Shown here in pieces: positions 17,361 through 25,938 of a stretch of 63,832 nucleotides of DNA. The notes under the pieces were generated by a model. It was given only the letters and a program-made list of their open reading frames with translations. It was not told where the DNA came from and made no database searches. Source of the DNA: Minisyncoccota bacterium (GTDB lineage: Bacteria > Patescibacteriota > Minisyncoccia > Phycocordibacterales > UBA9973). The number at the start of each line of letters is the position of its first letter. Position 1 is the first letter of the stretch. Made by a program: the position numbers and the translations under genes. The DNA lies in NCBI GenBank assembly GCA_035714785.1, contig DASTLQ010000016.1, positions 1 through 63,832 on the forward strand, given 5' to 3'.

Positions 17361-18254
17361 TTAAATTATTTTTTCTAATATCCTAAGCTTTGCACTTCGA
17401 CTTCTTGGATTCTCTTTTGCCTCCTCGATAGTTGCAGTGATGGGCTTTTTATTTATACGCTTTGCCTTACCTTCTTCTTCCAGCTGTCTAAAAAATCTTT
17501 TCGCTATCCTGTCTTCGAGGCTATGAAAGGAAATGATTGATATCCTTCCCCCTTTCTTAAGACTCTCGAAAGCTTTTGGAAGAGCTTCCTCAATCGCACC
17601 TAGCTCGTCGTTCACTGCTATTCTGATTGCTTGAAACGTACGGGTGGCACAATGAATTCTTCCTGTCCTATATTTCCCCGGCACTGATTTTTCAATTACT
17701 CCGACGAGATCATGGGTGGTTTTTAATTCTCCTTTTTCTCGTCCTTCTACTATTCCTCTTGCGATTCTACGAGCAAACTTTTCCTCGCCGTAGCCTTCGA
17801 TTATTTTTCTTAGGCTATCTTCGCTCCAAGTATTAACTACATCCATTGCAGTCAAATCTTCCGAAGAGGGATTTTCCTTCATGGTCATAAGCAGAGGCTC
17901 ATTTCTCATAAAAGAAAATCCCCGTCCAGACATTCCCTCTCTCGGTGTCAGCTGATCAGAAGATAGTCCGAGGTCAAAAATTATTCCATCCACTTTTTCC
18001 GCGCCTAGTACCTTATCAAGATTGCGGAAGTTTTCATTATGAAATGAAATGTTTGGATTTTTTTCTCTGTCTACAGCTTTATCCTGATCAAGGGCAATCA
18101 CTTTGGCTTTCGGGAATCTTCGAAGCACTTCCCGACTATGTCCTCCACCCCCAAAGGTGGCATCGAGGACCAAAGGTTCTTGTCCTAAATTCAAACCGTC
18201 TATTGTTTCATTTAAAAGAACACTCTTGTGAATGCTTCCGTCTATGTCTTTCAT
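17361..18254 (-). CDS. rsmH: 16S rRNA (cytosine1402-N4)-methyltransferase
   Basis: HKSVLLNE..DATFGGGGHS..DLGLSSDQL..SFHSLEDR are the MraW/RsmH hallmark motifs. Confidence 0.95.
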   Translation of the reverse strand: MKDIDGSIHKSVLLNETIDGLNLGQEPLVLDATFGGGGHSREVLRRFPKAKVIALDQDKAVDREKNPNISFHNENFRNLDKVLGAEKVDGIIFDLGLSSDQLTPREGMSGRGFSFMRNEPLLMTMKENPSSEDLTAMDVVNTWSEDSLRKIIEGYGEEKFARRIARGIVEGREKGELKTTHDLVGVIEKSVPGKYRTGRIHCATRTFQAIRIAVNDELGAIEEALPKAFESLKKGGRISIISFHSLEDRIAKRFFRQLEEEGKAKRINKKPITATIEEAKENPRSRSAKLRILEKII

Positions 18255-18700
18255 TGCTGTCTATTTTCGCTCGCCAGCTTTTCCGCCAACTGGTCTGCTT
18301 CTTTCTCTATCCTGTCCTTGTATTCTGCCCACATGTCTACATTCCATATTTCTACTCGGTCCTCTACTCCGATCACTGCCGCTTTTCCTGCAATTCCGGC
18401 TCTTTCTTTTAGAAAGTCCGGGATCAGGATACGACCGATGGAATCTACCTCCACTTCTGCAGCCCGACCAAACATAAAGCGGTTGAAGCTTCGTTTGTCT
18501 GCCTGTAAAAATGAAAGATCAGACTCTGTATTGGATAGTCTCTTTGAGACCTTTGCCCATTCTTTTGCGGTAAATACGAACAAGCATTTATCCAACCCAG
18601 GCGTGACGATAACCGACTTCCCCATTTCCTTGCGGAACTTAGAAGGCAGAGAGACTCTGTTCTTCCCGTCCACCGTGTGAATGTATTCGCCGATTAGCAT
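18251..18700 (-). CDS. mraZ: transcriptional regulator MraZ
   Basis: Two SpoVT/AbrB-like halves (DGKNRVSLPSKFR and DSIGRILIP). 4-nt overlap with rsmH. Confidence 0.95.
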   Translation of the reverse strand: MLIGEYIHTVDGKNRVSLPSKFRKEMGKSVIVTPGLDKCLFVFTAKEWAKVSKRLSNTESDLSFLQADKRSFNRFMFGRAAEVEVDSIGRILIPDFLKERAGIAGKAAVIGVEDRVEIWNVDMWAEYKDRIEKEADQLAEKLASENRQQ

Positions 18701-18724
18701 TTGTTTTTCAATGGTTATTTATGG

Positions 18725-18758
18725 ATTTCCCACAATTTCCCACTTGGTTAACATTATA
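18725..18758 (-). promoter_or_regulatory. mraZ promoter -10 plus tandem GTGGGAAAT repeats (MraZ-box-like operator)
   Basis: Minus strand reads GTGGTATATAATGTTAACCAA-GTGGGAAATT-GTGGGAAATCC. TATAAT is at 18753-18758. Two GTGGGAAAT units lie at 18735-18743 and 18725-18733 with 10-nt periodicity, 25-40 nt upstream of ATG 18700. Confidence 0.5.
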
Positions 18759-18787
18759 TACCACATTTTACGGTACGCAAATCAAAA

Positions 18788-18862
18788 CTGTGGATAACAT
18801 GTAAGGGGACCCCTTGCATGTTATCCACAGGGTAAGGGGTCCCCTTGCATGTTATCCACAGG
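18788..18862. repeat. palindromic repeat locus R1 (three DnaA-box 9-mers)
   Basis: ctgtggataacatgtaaggggaccccttgcatgttatccacagg is a 43-nt near-perfect palindrome. A second unit ggtaaggggtccccttgcatgttatccacagg follows. Perfect TGTGGATAA/TTATCCACA at 18789-18797, 18821-18829 and 18852-18860. Confidence 0.9.
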
Positions 18863-18904
18863 TATTTGGCTTGACTTCTTATGGAAATTTAATATTATCT
18901 TAAT

Positions 18905-19117
18905 ATAATCTTATAATAGTTCTTTGATCTCCTTGTCTCTGGGGGCTTATTAGCGAAAGGTACGATTAGTCCTCGCGCTATCAGCTAATATAGCCCTTGG
19001 AGGTTTATGGGGTTTCAAAATTTAAATTGCCTCGATTTCTGATAAATGCAATTAAAGAAATAGTCCACCCACCTTTTGCGCCCATCCCCATCCGGGATCT
19101 CGGGCGCAATTTTATTT
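18905..19117 (+). ncRNA. candidate non-coding transcription unit 1 (unidentified)
   Basis: TTGACT 18871-18876, 16-nt spacer, TATTAT 18893-18898, plus further TATAAT-like hexamers. Internal stem GGGCTTATTAGC...GCTAATATAGCCC. Strong hairpin GCGCCCATCCC-catcc-GGGATctcGGGCGC at 19078-19107 followed by aaTTTTaTTT. No ORF above about 10 aa. Confidence 0.25.
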
Positions 19118-19165
19118 CCGATATTGAATGATTGACAAGTAATGAATACTTGCTAAGATGTGTAT

Positions 19166-19365
19166 AGAAATAGTTATAGAAAAGGTTTCTGGAGGTTTAG
19201 CCTCCTTCAGAAACCAGTTGTACCCTCAATGGCTCAAGCTGACTCCCTAGAAATAGTTAATTCCTCCCTATAAATGTGTGTGACGGTGATAAGGGAGTCA
19301 GCAAATTTTATTGGTTAGTTAAAATAGTTCAAAACCGCTCTACTATCTTTAGGGCGGTTTTTTTA
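19166..19365 (+). ncRNA. candidate non-coding transcription unit 2 (unidentified)
   Basis: TTGACA 19132-19137, 16-nt spacer, TAAGAT 19154-19159. Hairpin GGTTTCTGGAGG-tttag-CCTCCttCAGAAACC. 10-bp long-range stem GCTGACTCCC (19238-19247) with GGGAGTCAGC (19293-19302). Terminator AACCGCTCT..AGGGCGGTT plus TTTTTTT at 19333-19365, probably shared with the lysS 3' end. Confidence 0.25.
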
Positions 19366-20832
19366 TTTATCCTCCAATCCCCTAGGTCGCATCAGCGGGA
19401 AGAATTGTACTTCCCGAATAGGTTTGTCAGCCAAGAATGCAAAGAGCATTTCTCCAAATCCAAAACCACATGTGGGTGGCATTCCATATTCAAGCATTTC
19501 TACGAATTCCCAATCTGGCATCATTGCTTCCTTGTCCCCGGCTTTGATAAGTTCCTGCTGTACTTCAAATCTTTTTGCTTGATCCACCGGATCATTTAAT
19601 TCAGAAAATCCATTACCCACCTCGGAACCAGCGATGATGATTTGAAATCTTTCAGTAAGCTCACTATTTGATTGCATCGATTTTGAAAGTGGTGAAACTA
19701 ATTTTGGATGTCCAGTCAAAAATACCGGTCCAGCAATTTTCTTTCGGCAATATTTCCAAAGTGTATCTACTAGTCGCTCCATAGTGTCTCCATCATATAC
19801 AACCTCTAAAGCATCTAATTTCTTTTCCACTTCTTCATAAGTAGTATCCAGCACATCAATACCAGTTTCTTTTTTTATTGCATCACGATAATCTACGCGC
19901 TCCCATTTACCTCCGAGATCAAATTTAAATCCTCTTGTTTCAAAATCTGTTTTTCCAAAAACATCCACCGCAATTTTTTTATAAAGTTCCTCGGTCAAAG
20001 CCATTCCATCTTCATAGGAAGCATAGGCCCAGTAAAATTCTAGATTAGTAAATTCTTGTAAATGATTCTGATCTGAACCTTCGTTTCGATACGCTCGGCC
20101 GATTTCAAAAGTCTTTGGAAAACCAGCAGCCATAAGACGCTTTTGCCAAAGCTCTCCGATTGAAATACGTAAATATAGAGCTAGCTTGAAATCTTCGTTG
20201 TATGTTTTAAACGGAGTAGCTTCTGCTCCTCCGGTTGTAACTTCTAGGGTAGGAGTTTCTACTTCCATGAATCCTCGCTCCTTCATAAAGTTTCTTGCAG
20301 TCTCCCAAAATTTTGCCTTTTTTTCTAAAAGATCTCTCTGTTCAGGATCCATCAAAATATCCAAATATCTTTTTCTAAATCGCTCCTCGATATCTTGTAG
20401 TCCATGCCATTTTTCTGGCAAAGGCAACAAGCTCTTTGAAAGCATTCGCCACTCTTTTGCTTCAATAGTCTTTTCTCCCCTCTTGGTTACAAAAAATGTA
20501 CCATTAAGTTCGATGAAGTCTCCGATATCAACGGTCGCGCCAAACATAGAGAAGTTTTTTTCTTCCATCTGATCCTTTTTTAGTAATCCCTGAAAGGAAG
20601 CCGTGCCGTCAAACAAAGTGACGAATACAATAGCTCCCTGTCCACGCAAGGACATGATTCTTCCTGAAATCCACTTAGTTTCTTTTTTTTCTTCGAGCTC
20701 CGCAAATGAATCGATGGCTTCTTTTAAAGAAAGTTCGCGATATGACTTTGCCGGAAAAGGATCAATACCCTCTTTTTTTAAGAGTTCTAGTTTCCCTATT
20801 CGAATATTTCGTATCTCATCAAGTGAAGACAT
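19363..20832 (-). CDS. lysS: lysine--tRNA ligase (class II)
   Basis: OB-fold N-domain, class II motifs (FMEVETP, RNEG), and a C-terminal FGFGEMLF.. region typical of LysRS. Confidence 0.95.
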   Translation of the reverse strand: MSSLDEIRNIRIGKLELLKKEGIDPFPAKSYRELSLKEAIDSFAELEEKKETKWISGRIMSLRGQGAIVFVTLFDGTASFQGLLKKDQMEEKNFSMFGATVDIGDFIELNGTFFVTKRGEKTIEAKEWRMLSKSLLPLPEKWHGLQDIEERFRKRYLDILMDPEQRDLLEKKAKFWETARNFMKERGFMEVETPTLEVTTGGAEATPFKTYNEDFKLALYLRISIGELWQKRLMAAGFPKTFEIGRAYRNEGSDQNHLQEFTNLEFYWAYASYEDGMALTEELYKKIAVDVFGKTDFETRGFKFDLGGKWERVDYRDAIKKETGIDVLDTTYEEVEKKLDALEVVYDGDTMERLVDTLWKYCRKKIAGPVFLTGHPKLVSPLSKSMQSNSELTERFQIIIAGSEVGNGFSELNDPVDQAKRFEVQQELIKAGDKEAMMPDWEFVEMLEYGMPPTCGFGFGEMLFAFLADKPIREVQFFPLMRPRGLEDK

Positions 20833-20834
20833 GT

Positions 20835-21311
20835 TTAAGCAACGCTCAAGATTTTGTAGTCTACTTCCCCTCCAGGTGTAGCCACTTTTATACTCTCACC
20901 TTTTTTCTTACCGAAAAAGGCTCGCCCTAAAGGTGACTGGTTGGAAATTTTTCCTAAGGTGATATCTGCTTCCTCGGACCCTACGATTATAAATTCTTTT
21001 TCTTCTTTTTCGCCGTTTTTTCGAACAACGATCTTGGAACCAATTTCAATAATATCTCCTCCACCTCCTGACACCACCAATGACGACTGAAGGATCGATT
21101 CAATCTGAGCGATTCGAGACTCAAGCTTGCCTTGATCCTCTCTTGCCTGATGATATTCTGCATTCTCGGAAAGATCACCGAGAGATTTTGCATATTGCAA
21201 TGCTTCTAATATTTCCTTTCTTTTAGGGCCCTTTAGCTCTTCTAGCTCGGCTTCGAGCTCTTTTCTTTTGTCTTTTGAAATGTAATTTGCTGTTCTATCC
21301 ATGTTTTTCAT
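20835..21311 (-). CDS. greA: transcription elongation factor GreA
   Basis: GDLSENAEYHQAREDQ coiled-coil tip and a C-terminal FKBP-like domain (ISNQSPLGRAFFGKKKGE). Confidence 0.95.
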   Translation of the reverse strand: MKNMDRTANYISKDKRKELEAELEELKGPKRKEILEALQYAKSLGDLSENAEYHQAREDQGKLESRIAQIESILQSSLVVSGGGGDIIEIGSKIVVRKNGEKEEKEFIIVGSEEADITLGKISNQSPLGRAFFGKKKGESIKVATPGGEVDYKILSVA

Positions 21312-21363
21312 ATTATCCCCTTTCTACTCAAAAGTCTACATATAGTGTGTATAACAGAACCAA

Positions 21364-21390
21364 GGTGTAAGGGGTCCCCTTGCATGTAGG
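21364..21390. repeat. palindromic repeat locus R2 (core only, no DnaA box)
   Basis: ggtgtaaggggtccccttgcatgtagg between the divergent greA and rpsU starts. Confidence 0.7.
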
Positions 21391-21429
21391 TTGCTAAAAA
21401 TCTTTTTTATGATAATGTATAGCTTACAT

Positions 21430-21657
21430 ATGGCAAACACAGTAATCGAAGTGAAGAAAAATCCAAACGAGAACAGCTCGAGCATTTTGCGCCGTTTCTC
21501 CAGAAAAGTGCAGGAATCCAATATCATCCAAAAAGTTAAAGGAAACCGCTACAACAAGAGAAAAGATTCAAAGCTAAAGGTAAAGCAGAGCGCTCTAAAA
21601 TATCTCGGCAAGAGAAAGGAGAAAGAAAAACTCCGAAAGCTCGGCAAGATTCGCTAA
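21430..21657 (+). CDS. rpsU: 30S ribosomal protein bS21
   Basis: MANTVIEVKKNPNENSSSILRRFSRKVQESNIIQKVKGNRYNKR matches the S21 pattern. The ORF-track start at 21391 is a spurious upstream extension. Confidence 0.85.
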   Translation: MANTVIEVKKNPNENSSSILRRFSRKVQESNIIQKVKGNRYNKRKDSKLKVKQSALKYLGKRKEKEKLRKLGKIR

Positions 21658-21660
21658 CAA

Positions 21661-22068
21661 ATGGACAAAAAGTTTGAGGCAATGAAAAACGATATCCTTG
21701 GAAAAGGTTATTCTCTTTCGCTTGCAAGCGTGGATGCCAAAACTTCTAGAAGGATAAACAGAAAGTACCGAGGCAAGGATAAACCTGCAAATGTACTCTC
21801 TTTTCCCTTTTCAAAAACTGAAGGAGAAATAATTCTCTGCCCTGAAACTATCAAAAAACAGACTAAAAAATTCGGGAGAGATTTCGAGAGTCTTTTCGGT
21901 TTTATGGTTATCCACGGAATGCTCCATTTGAAAGGAATGCAACATAGTAGTAAGATGGAAGAAGAGGAAAATAAATATGATAAGAAATATCTCCATCGGA
22001 ATAGAAATAGGGTCAGCCAAAACAAGAGTAGTAGTGGGAGAACTCCAAAAAGGAGAAAAGCATCCTAG
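21661..22068 (+). CDS. ybeY: rRNA maturation endoribonuclease YbeY
   Basis: Zinc motif HGMLHLKGMQH (H-G-x-L-H-L-x-G-x-x-H). The basic C-terminal tail overlaps ftsA by 92 nt. Confidence 0.85.
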   Translation: MDKKFEAMKNDILGKGYSLSLASVDAKTSRRINRKYRGKDKPANVLSFPFSKTEGEIILCPETIKKQTKKFGRDFESLFGFMVIHGMLHLKGMQHSSKMEEEENKYDKKYLHRNRNRVSQNKSSSGRTPKRRKAS

Positions 22069-23143
22069 TGTTATTGGTATTGGCGAATGGGAAAGCGAAG
22101 GGATACGACACGGGTATGTAGTAAATCCTACTCTCGCTTCTGAATCTATTCGCACTGCTGTATCAATGGCAGAAAAAAGTGCAGGAATTAGAATCCGAAA
22201 AGCTGCAATAGCTCTCGGAGGTACCACCCTCTCTGGCGAGACTCTTTCTGGAGAAGCGATCATTTCTAAGGCAGATGGCGAAGTCACTCCGCTAGATATA
22301 GAAAAAGCACTCGAAGACTGCGAAAGCAAAGTCCAAAGCAACAACAAAAAAATAATTAGAATCGTTCCCCTATCCTACAAACTGGATGGAAAAGAAATTC
22401 TCGGTAGACCCGAAGGACTAAAAGGAACAAAGCTAGAAGTAAAAGCCCTGTTTGTCACTTGCCTAAATCAGCACGTAGAAGACCTAATAGAAGCTGTGAC
22501 TTTAGCTGGAATAGAGCCTACTGATATCGTCCCTTCTATCTTTTCAGCTTCAAATATAGCTCTTTCTGCAAAGCAAAAAGTGGTGGGCGCAGCTCTTGTG
22601 AATATCGGATCCGAAACTGTTAGTGTCGGTGTATTTGAAAACGAGTCCATCATATCCTTGCACACTTTTTCTATCGGCTCTTCTGACATCACCAACGACA
22701 TCGCTCTCGGTATGAAAGTTTCTCTAGAAAAAGCAGAGGACCTAAAATTAGGAAACATCGATCCAGTTTTTCCAAAAAAGAAATTAGATGAAATAGTAGA
22801 CGCGAGACTTTCAGATATCTTTGAACTAATTGAAAATCATCTTAAAAAAATAAAAAGAAACGGATTGCTCCCTGCAGGAATTGTTTTCATCGGAGGCGGA
22901 GCAAACGTAGCTAATCTAGAAGAACTTTCAAAAGAAGCTTTGCGACTTCCGTCAGCCGTAGGTTCTACTGACATGTTTTCAAACAGTGTAAAAACAAAAC
23001 TAAGAGACCCTTCGTGGTTTGCAGTCTTGGGATTACTAAATCCGAGCAACGACGACTACGAATACTCTAGTAGCTCTTCAAGTGGTCTCTGGAAAAACCT
23101 CAAAAATATCGTAAAGTCGAGCATTAAACAACTGCTCCCCTAA
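21977..23143 (+). CDS. ftsA: cell division protein FtsA
   Basis: Actin-fold phosphate-1 motif IGIEIGSAKTRVVVGE and FIGGGANVANL. Immediately upstream of ftsZ. Confidence 0.9.
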   Translation: MIRNISIGIEIGSAKTRVVVGELQKGEKHPSVIGIGEWESEGIRHGYVVNPTLASESIRTAVSMAEKSAGIRIRKAAIALGGTTLSGETLSGEAIISKADGEVTPLDIEKALEDCESKVQSNNKKIIRIVPLSYKLDGKEILGRPEGLKGTKLEVKALFVTCLNQHVEDLIEAVTLAGIEPTDIVPSIFSASNIALSAKQKVVGAALVNIGSETVSVGVFENESIISLHTFSIGSSDITNDIALGMKVSLEKAEDLKLGNIDPVFPKKKLDEIVDARLSDIFELIENHLKKIKRNGLLPAGIVFIGGGANVANLEELSKEALRLPSAVGSTDMFSNSVKTKLRDPSWFAVLGLLNPSNDDYEYSSSSSSGLWKNLKNIVKSSIKQLLP

Positions 23144-23221
23144 GAGAAATGGGTGCTTTTCTTTTTTGTGTTTTCTGGTATGATTGGGTAGTTACAAATT
23201 AAACTAACCAACTTATTTTAT

Positions 23222-24460
23222 ATGCCAAAAGTAAACCCAGAAATAGAGAGTTTTGCACGAATTGTGGTAGTCGGAATCGGAGGATCAGGAAAAAACGCTG
23301 TAAACCACATGATCAATACCAAGGTGAAAGGTGTATCCTTCATCGCTATGAATACGGACACTCAGGACCTTCATCACTCTCTGGCTGAGAAGAAAATTCA
23401 CATCGGAAAGAATCTAACGAAAGGACTGGGTGCGGGCATGGATCCAGAAGTTGGGAAAAAAGCGGCCGAAGAAACCAAAGCTGAGATTCAAGACGTGATC
23501 AAAGGAGCCGATATGCTTTTCATCGCCTGCGGAATGGGAGGAGGAACTGGAACTGGTGCCGCTCCGATAGTGGCTCGCGCAGCAAAAGAACAGGGCATCC
23601 TGACAGTGGCTGTGACCACTAAACCATTTTTCTTTGAAGGAAATCACAGAATGAAAATTGCTGAAAAAGGAATCGAGGAACTGGCTCTAGAAGTGGACGC
23701 TATCATCACTGTTCCAAATGACAAACTTCTCGAACTTTCCGACATCAATGTAAACTTCAAAGATGCCTTCGCACAATGCGACAACGTGCTTCGACATGCA
23801 GTGGAAGGAATTTCAGACCTCATCACTACTCCCGGAGTAATCAACGTAGACTTTGCAGATATTAAAGCAATCATGTCCAACGCCGGAAGCGCCCTCATGG
23901 GAATCGGTGTAGCAGGAGGAGAAAAAAGAGCTGAGAAAGCTGCAATGACTGCTATCAATTCCCCTCTTCTAGAAGTTGCAATCAGTGGAGCAAAAGGCGT
24001 CCTCTTTGCTATCTCTGGAGGTGACGACATCACCATCCATGAAATAAAAGAAGCAGCAAAAGTGATCACTGAATCCATCGATAAAGATGCAAAGGTAATC
24101 TTCGGAACAATCCGAGATGATAAGGCCAAAAAAGGAGAATTGAAAGTGACTGTGATCGCTACAAACTTTGCTGGAGAAATTCCTCGCAAAAATCTTTTCT
24201 CAAATGCTCCCGGCGTCCACTCAATTCTCAAGGAAGAAAACGCTCCTCAGGCAAAAAAGGAAATCCACAACACTATTCATCAAGTTCAACACACTCCATC
24301 TGATCTTCCAAAAAGACCAGAACGTCTCGAAAGACCTGAAAGAGCAGAAAGAATGGATTCCAAGAAGCCAGCTGAAACTACAGCTGAAGAAATCATAATC
24401 GATGACGACACCGAAGAATGGAGCGCTGTACCAGCTTTTTTACGAAGAAATAAGAAATAA
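23222..24460 (+). CDS. ftsZ: cell division GTPase FtsZ
   Basis: Tubulin signature GGGTGTGAAP and NTDTQDL. Disordered C-terminal linker ending in a conserved peptide (PAFLRRNKK). Confidence 0.97.
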   Translation: MPKVNPEIESFARIVVVGIGGSGKNAVNHMINTKVKGVSFIAMNTDTQDLHHSLAEKKIHIGKNLTKGLGAGMDPEVGKKAAEETKAEIQDVIKGADMLFIACGMGGGTGTGAAPIVARAAKEQGILTVAVTTKPFFFEGNHRMKIAEKGIEELALEVDAIITVPNDKLLELSDINVNFKDAFAQCDNVLRHAVEGISDLITTPGVINVDFADIKAIMSNAGSALMGIGVAGGEKRAEKAAMTAINSPLLEVAISGAKGVLFAISGGDDITIHEIKEAAKVITESIDKDAKVIFGTIRDDKAKKGELKVTVIATNFAGEIPRKNLFSNAPGVHSILKEENAPQAKKEIHNTIHQVQHTPSDLPKRPERLERPERAERMDSKKPAETTAEEIIIDDDTEEWSAVPAFLRRNKK

Positions 24461-24466
24461 AATAAT

Positions 24467-25405
24467 ATGATTTACGACCTAATAATCCTAGGTGGCGGAC
24501 CTGCCGGTACTGCTGCCGCCGTATACGCAGCCCGTAAGCGCCTGAAAACGCTTTTTATCACCGCCGAATGGGGTGGGCAGAGCACTGTATCCGAAGAAAT
24601 ATTCAACTGGATCGGAACTGTCTCCATCTCGGGCGACCAACTCGCTAAAAATTTGAAAAGTCATGTGATGGCAAACGTTGGTGATACCTTGGAAGTAAAA
24701 GAAGGATACAAGGTTGGAGATATCTCTAAATCCACAGCTGATGGCAAAGATATTTTTAAAATAAAAACAGACGATGGCATGGAGTTTTCTGCAAAGACGG
24801 TACTAATTTCTACTGGAAGCACCCGCCGACCAATAGATGCGAAAAATGCTGACAAGCTCGAACACAAAGGACTCACCTACTGTGCATCTTGTGACGGACC
24901 CCTATTCTCAGGAATGGATGTTGCAGTAATCGGAGGAGGAAACGCGGCATTTGAAACTGCGGCCCAGCTTTTGGCTTACTGTAATTCTGTCACCCTATTT
25001 GTACGCGGTGAGCATTTTAGAGCAGACGAAATCACAGTAGAAAAAGTGATGCGTAATCCAAAGATGCGAGTAGTAATGAACTCAGAAATTTTGGAAATAA
25101 AAGGTGAAAATTTTGTAAGCGGATTGGTGTATCATGACAAAGTTACTGGATCAGAAATCGAACTCAACGTAGCAGGAATCTTTGTTGAAATCGGACAAAT
25201 CCCAAATACTGCTTTTGCGAAAAATGTTGTGACGCTCGATGAAATTGGAAGAATTAAAATAGACCCACGCACTGGAAAAACAGAAACTCCCGGAATATGG
25301 GCAGCTGGTGATTGTACCGACGTACTATACCATCAAAACAATATCGCAGCCGGTGATGCCGTCCGCGCACTCGAAGATATCTATTTGGCTATTCATACAA
25401 AATAA
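24467..25405 (+). CDS. trxB: thioredoxin-disulfide reductase
   Basis: FAD site GGGPAG, redox-active CASC (YCASCDGPLF), NADPH site GGGNAA, GDCTD. Confidence 0.93.
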   Translation: MIYDLIILGGGPAGTAAAVYAARKRLKTLFITAEWGGQSTVSEEIFNWIGTVSISGDQLAKNLKSHVMANVGDTLEVKEGYKVGDISKSTADGKDIFKIKTDDGMEFSAKTVLISTGSTRRPIDAKNADKLEHKGLTYCASCDGPLFSGMDVAVIGGGNAAFETAAQLLAYCNSVTLFVRGEHFRADEITVEKVMRNPKMRVVMNSEILEIKGENFVSGLVYHDKVTGSEIELNVAGIFVEIGQIPNTAFAKNVVTLDEIGRIKIDPRTGKTETPGIWAAGDCTDVLYHQNNIAAGDAVRALEDIYLAIHTK

Positions 25406-25630
25406 AAAGCTCTCTGTATTAAAGAGAGCTAAATGTGTCCATCTTATGATGGGTGATTCCATTCCAATGCAGAATGGACAAACAAAATTTAAAAGAACAA
25501 AACGAACAAAAAAAGGATTAATAATCTTTTTTCGGAAATTTATACTATCTCCTTCCCCATCGGTTACTTCGCGAACTTTTCACTGAAAGCAGATATGTAA
25601 ATGTCTCCGAATTAAGATAGGCCTATTATA

Positions 25631-25696
25631 ATGCATGCAAGGGGTCCCCTTGCATGTTGACCTGTGGATAACGTGTAAGGGGACCCCTTACCCCTT
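25631..25696. repeat. palindromic repeat locus R3 (one DnaA box)
   Basis: tgcatgcaaggggtccccttgcatgttgacctgtggataacgtgtaaggggaccccttaccccttg. TGTGGATAA at 25662-25670. Confidence 0.9.
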
Positions 25697-25743
25697 GAAA
25701 AAAATCGGAGATGTGTTAGTATGATGGCAAATAATTAACGAGG

Positions 25744-25938
25744 TTGTATATGAAGAAGCGGATTAGCATACCGTTTTTTATTTTTTACTCTTTAATATTA
25801 GCCCTTGTTGCCCTAATGTTCTCCCCAGGTCACAATGGGGAAGCAAGGGTAACAATAATCGTATTTATTATAGGTTTTTTAATAGTAAAATACATTTTAA
25901 AAAATCTAAACCAAGGAGGTAAACTTTGGTTAAAATAA
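25744..25938 (+). CDS. small 2-TM membrane protein (64 aa)
   Basis: Two hydrophobic helices (IPFFIFYSLILALVALMF and VTIIVFIIGFLIVKYIL). Overlaps the next ORF by 13 nt. Confidence 0.4.
   Translation: MYMKKRISIPFFIFYSLILALVALMFSPGHNGEARVTIIVFIIGFLIVKYILKNLNQGGKLWLK

Noticed and set aside
17945-18680. Plus-strand ORFs 17945-18412, 18228-18680 and 18232-18477, antisense to rsmH and mraZ. Similar antisense ORFs lie over ftsZ (23644-24231), ftsA (21811-22347) and valS (42113-42685).
   Set aside because: Each lies opposite a gene with unambiguous family motifs and has an Ser/Leu/Pro/Phe-rich antisense-type composition.
19238-19302. The 10-bp inverted repeat GCTGACTCCC/GGGAGTCAGC could be retron msr/msd a1/a2 arms.
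   Set aside because: No reverse transcriptase gene is present anywhere in the window, and the flanking genes are housekeeping.
18701-19362. The lysS-mraZ gap (three perfect DnaA boxes plus an adjacent AT-rich tract at 18870-18920) could be the chromosomal origin oriC.
   Set aside because: Equivalent DnaA-box clusters occur at five other loci (for example 3 boxes at 58414-58478 and 2 at 28219-28257). No dnaA, dnaN or other origin-linked gene is nearby. Gene orientation does not switch here, since lysS and greA point into the gap. It cannot be excluded without a genome-wide GC-skew analysis.
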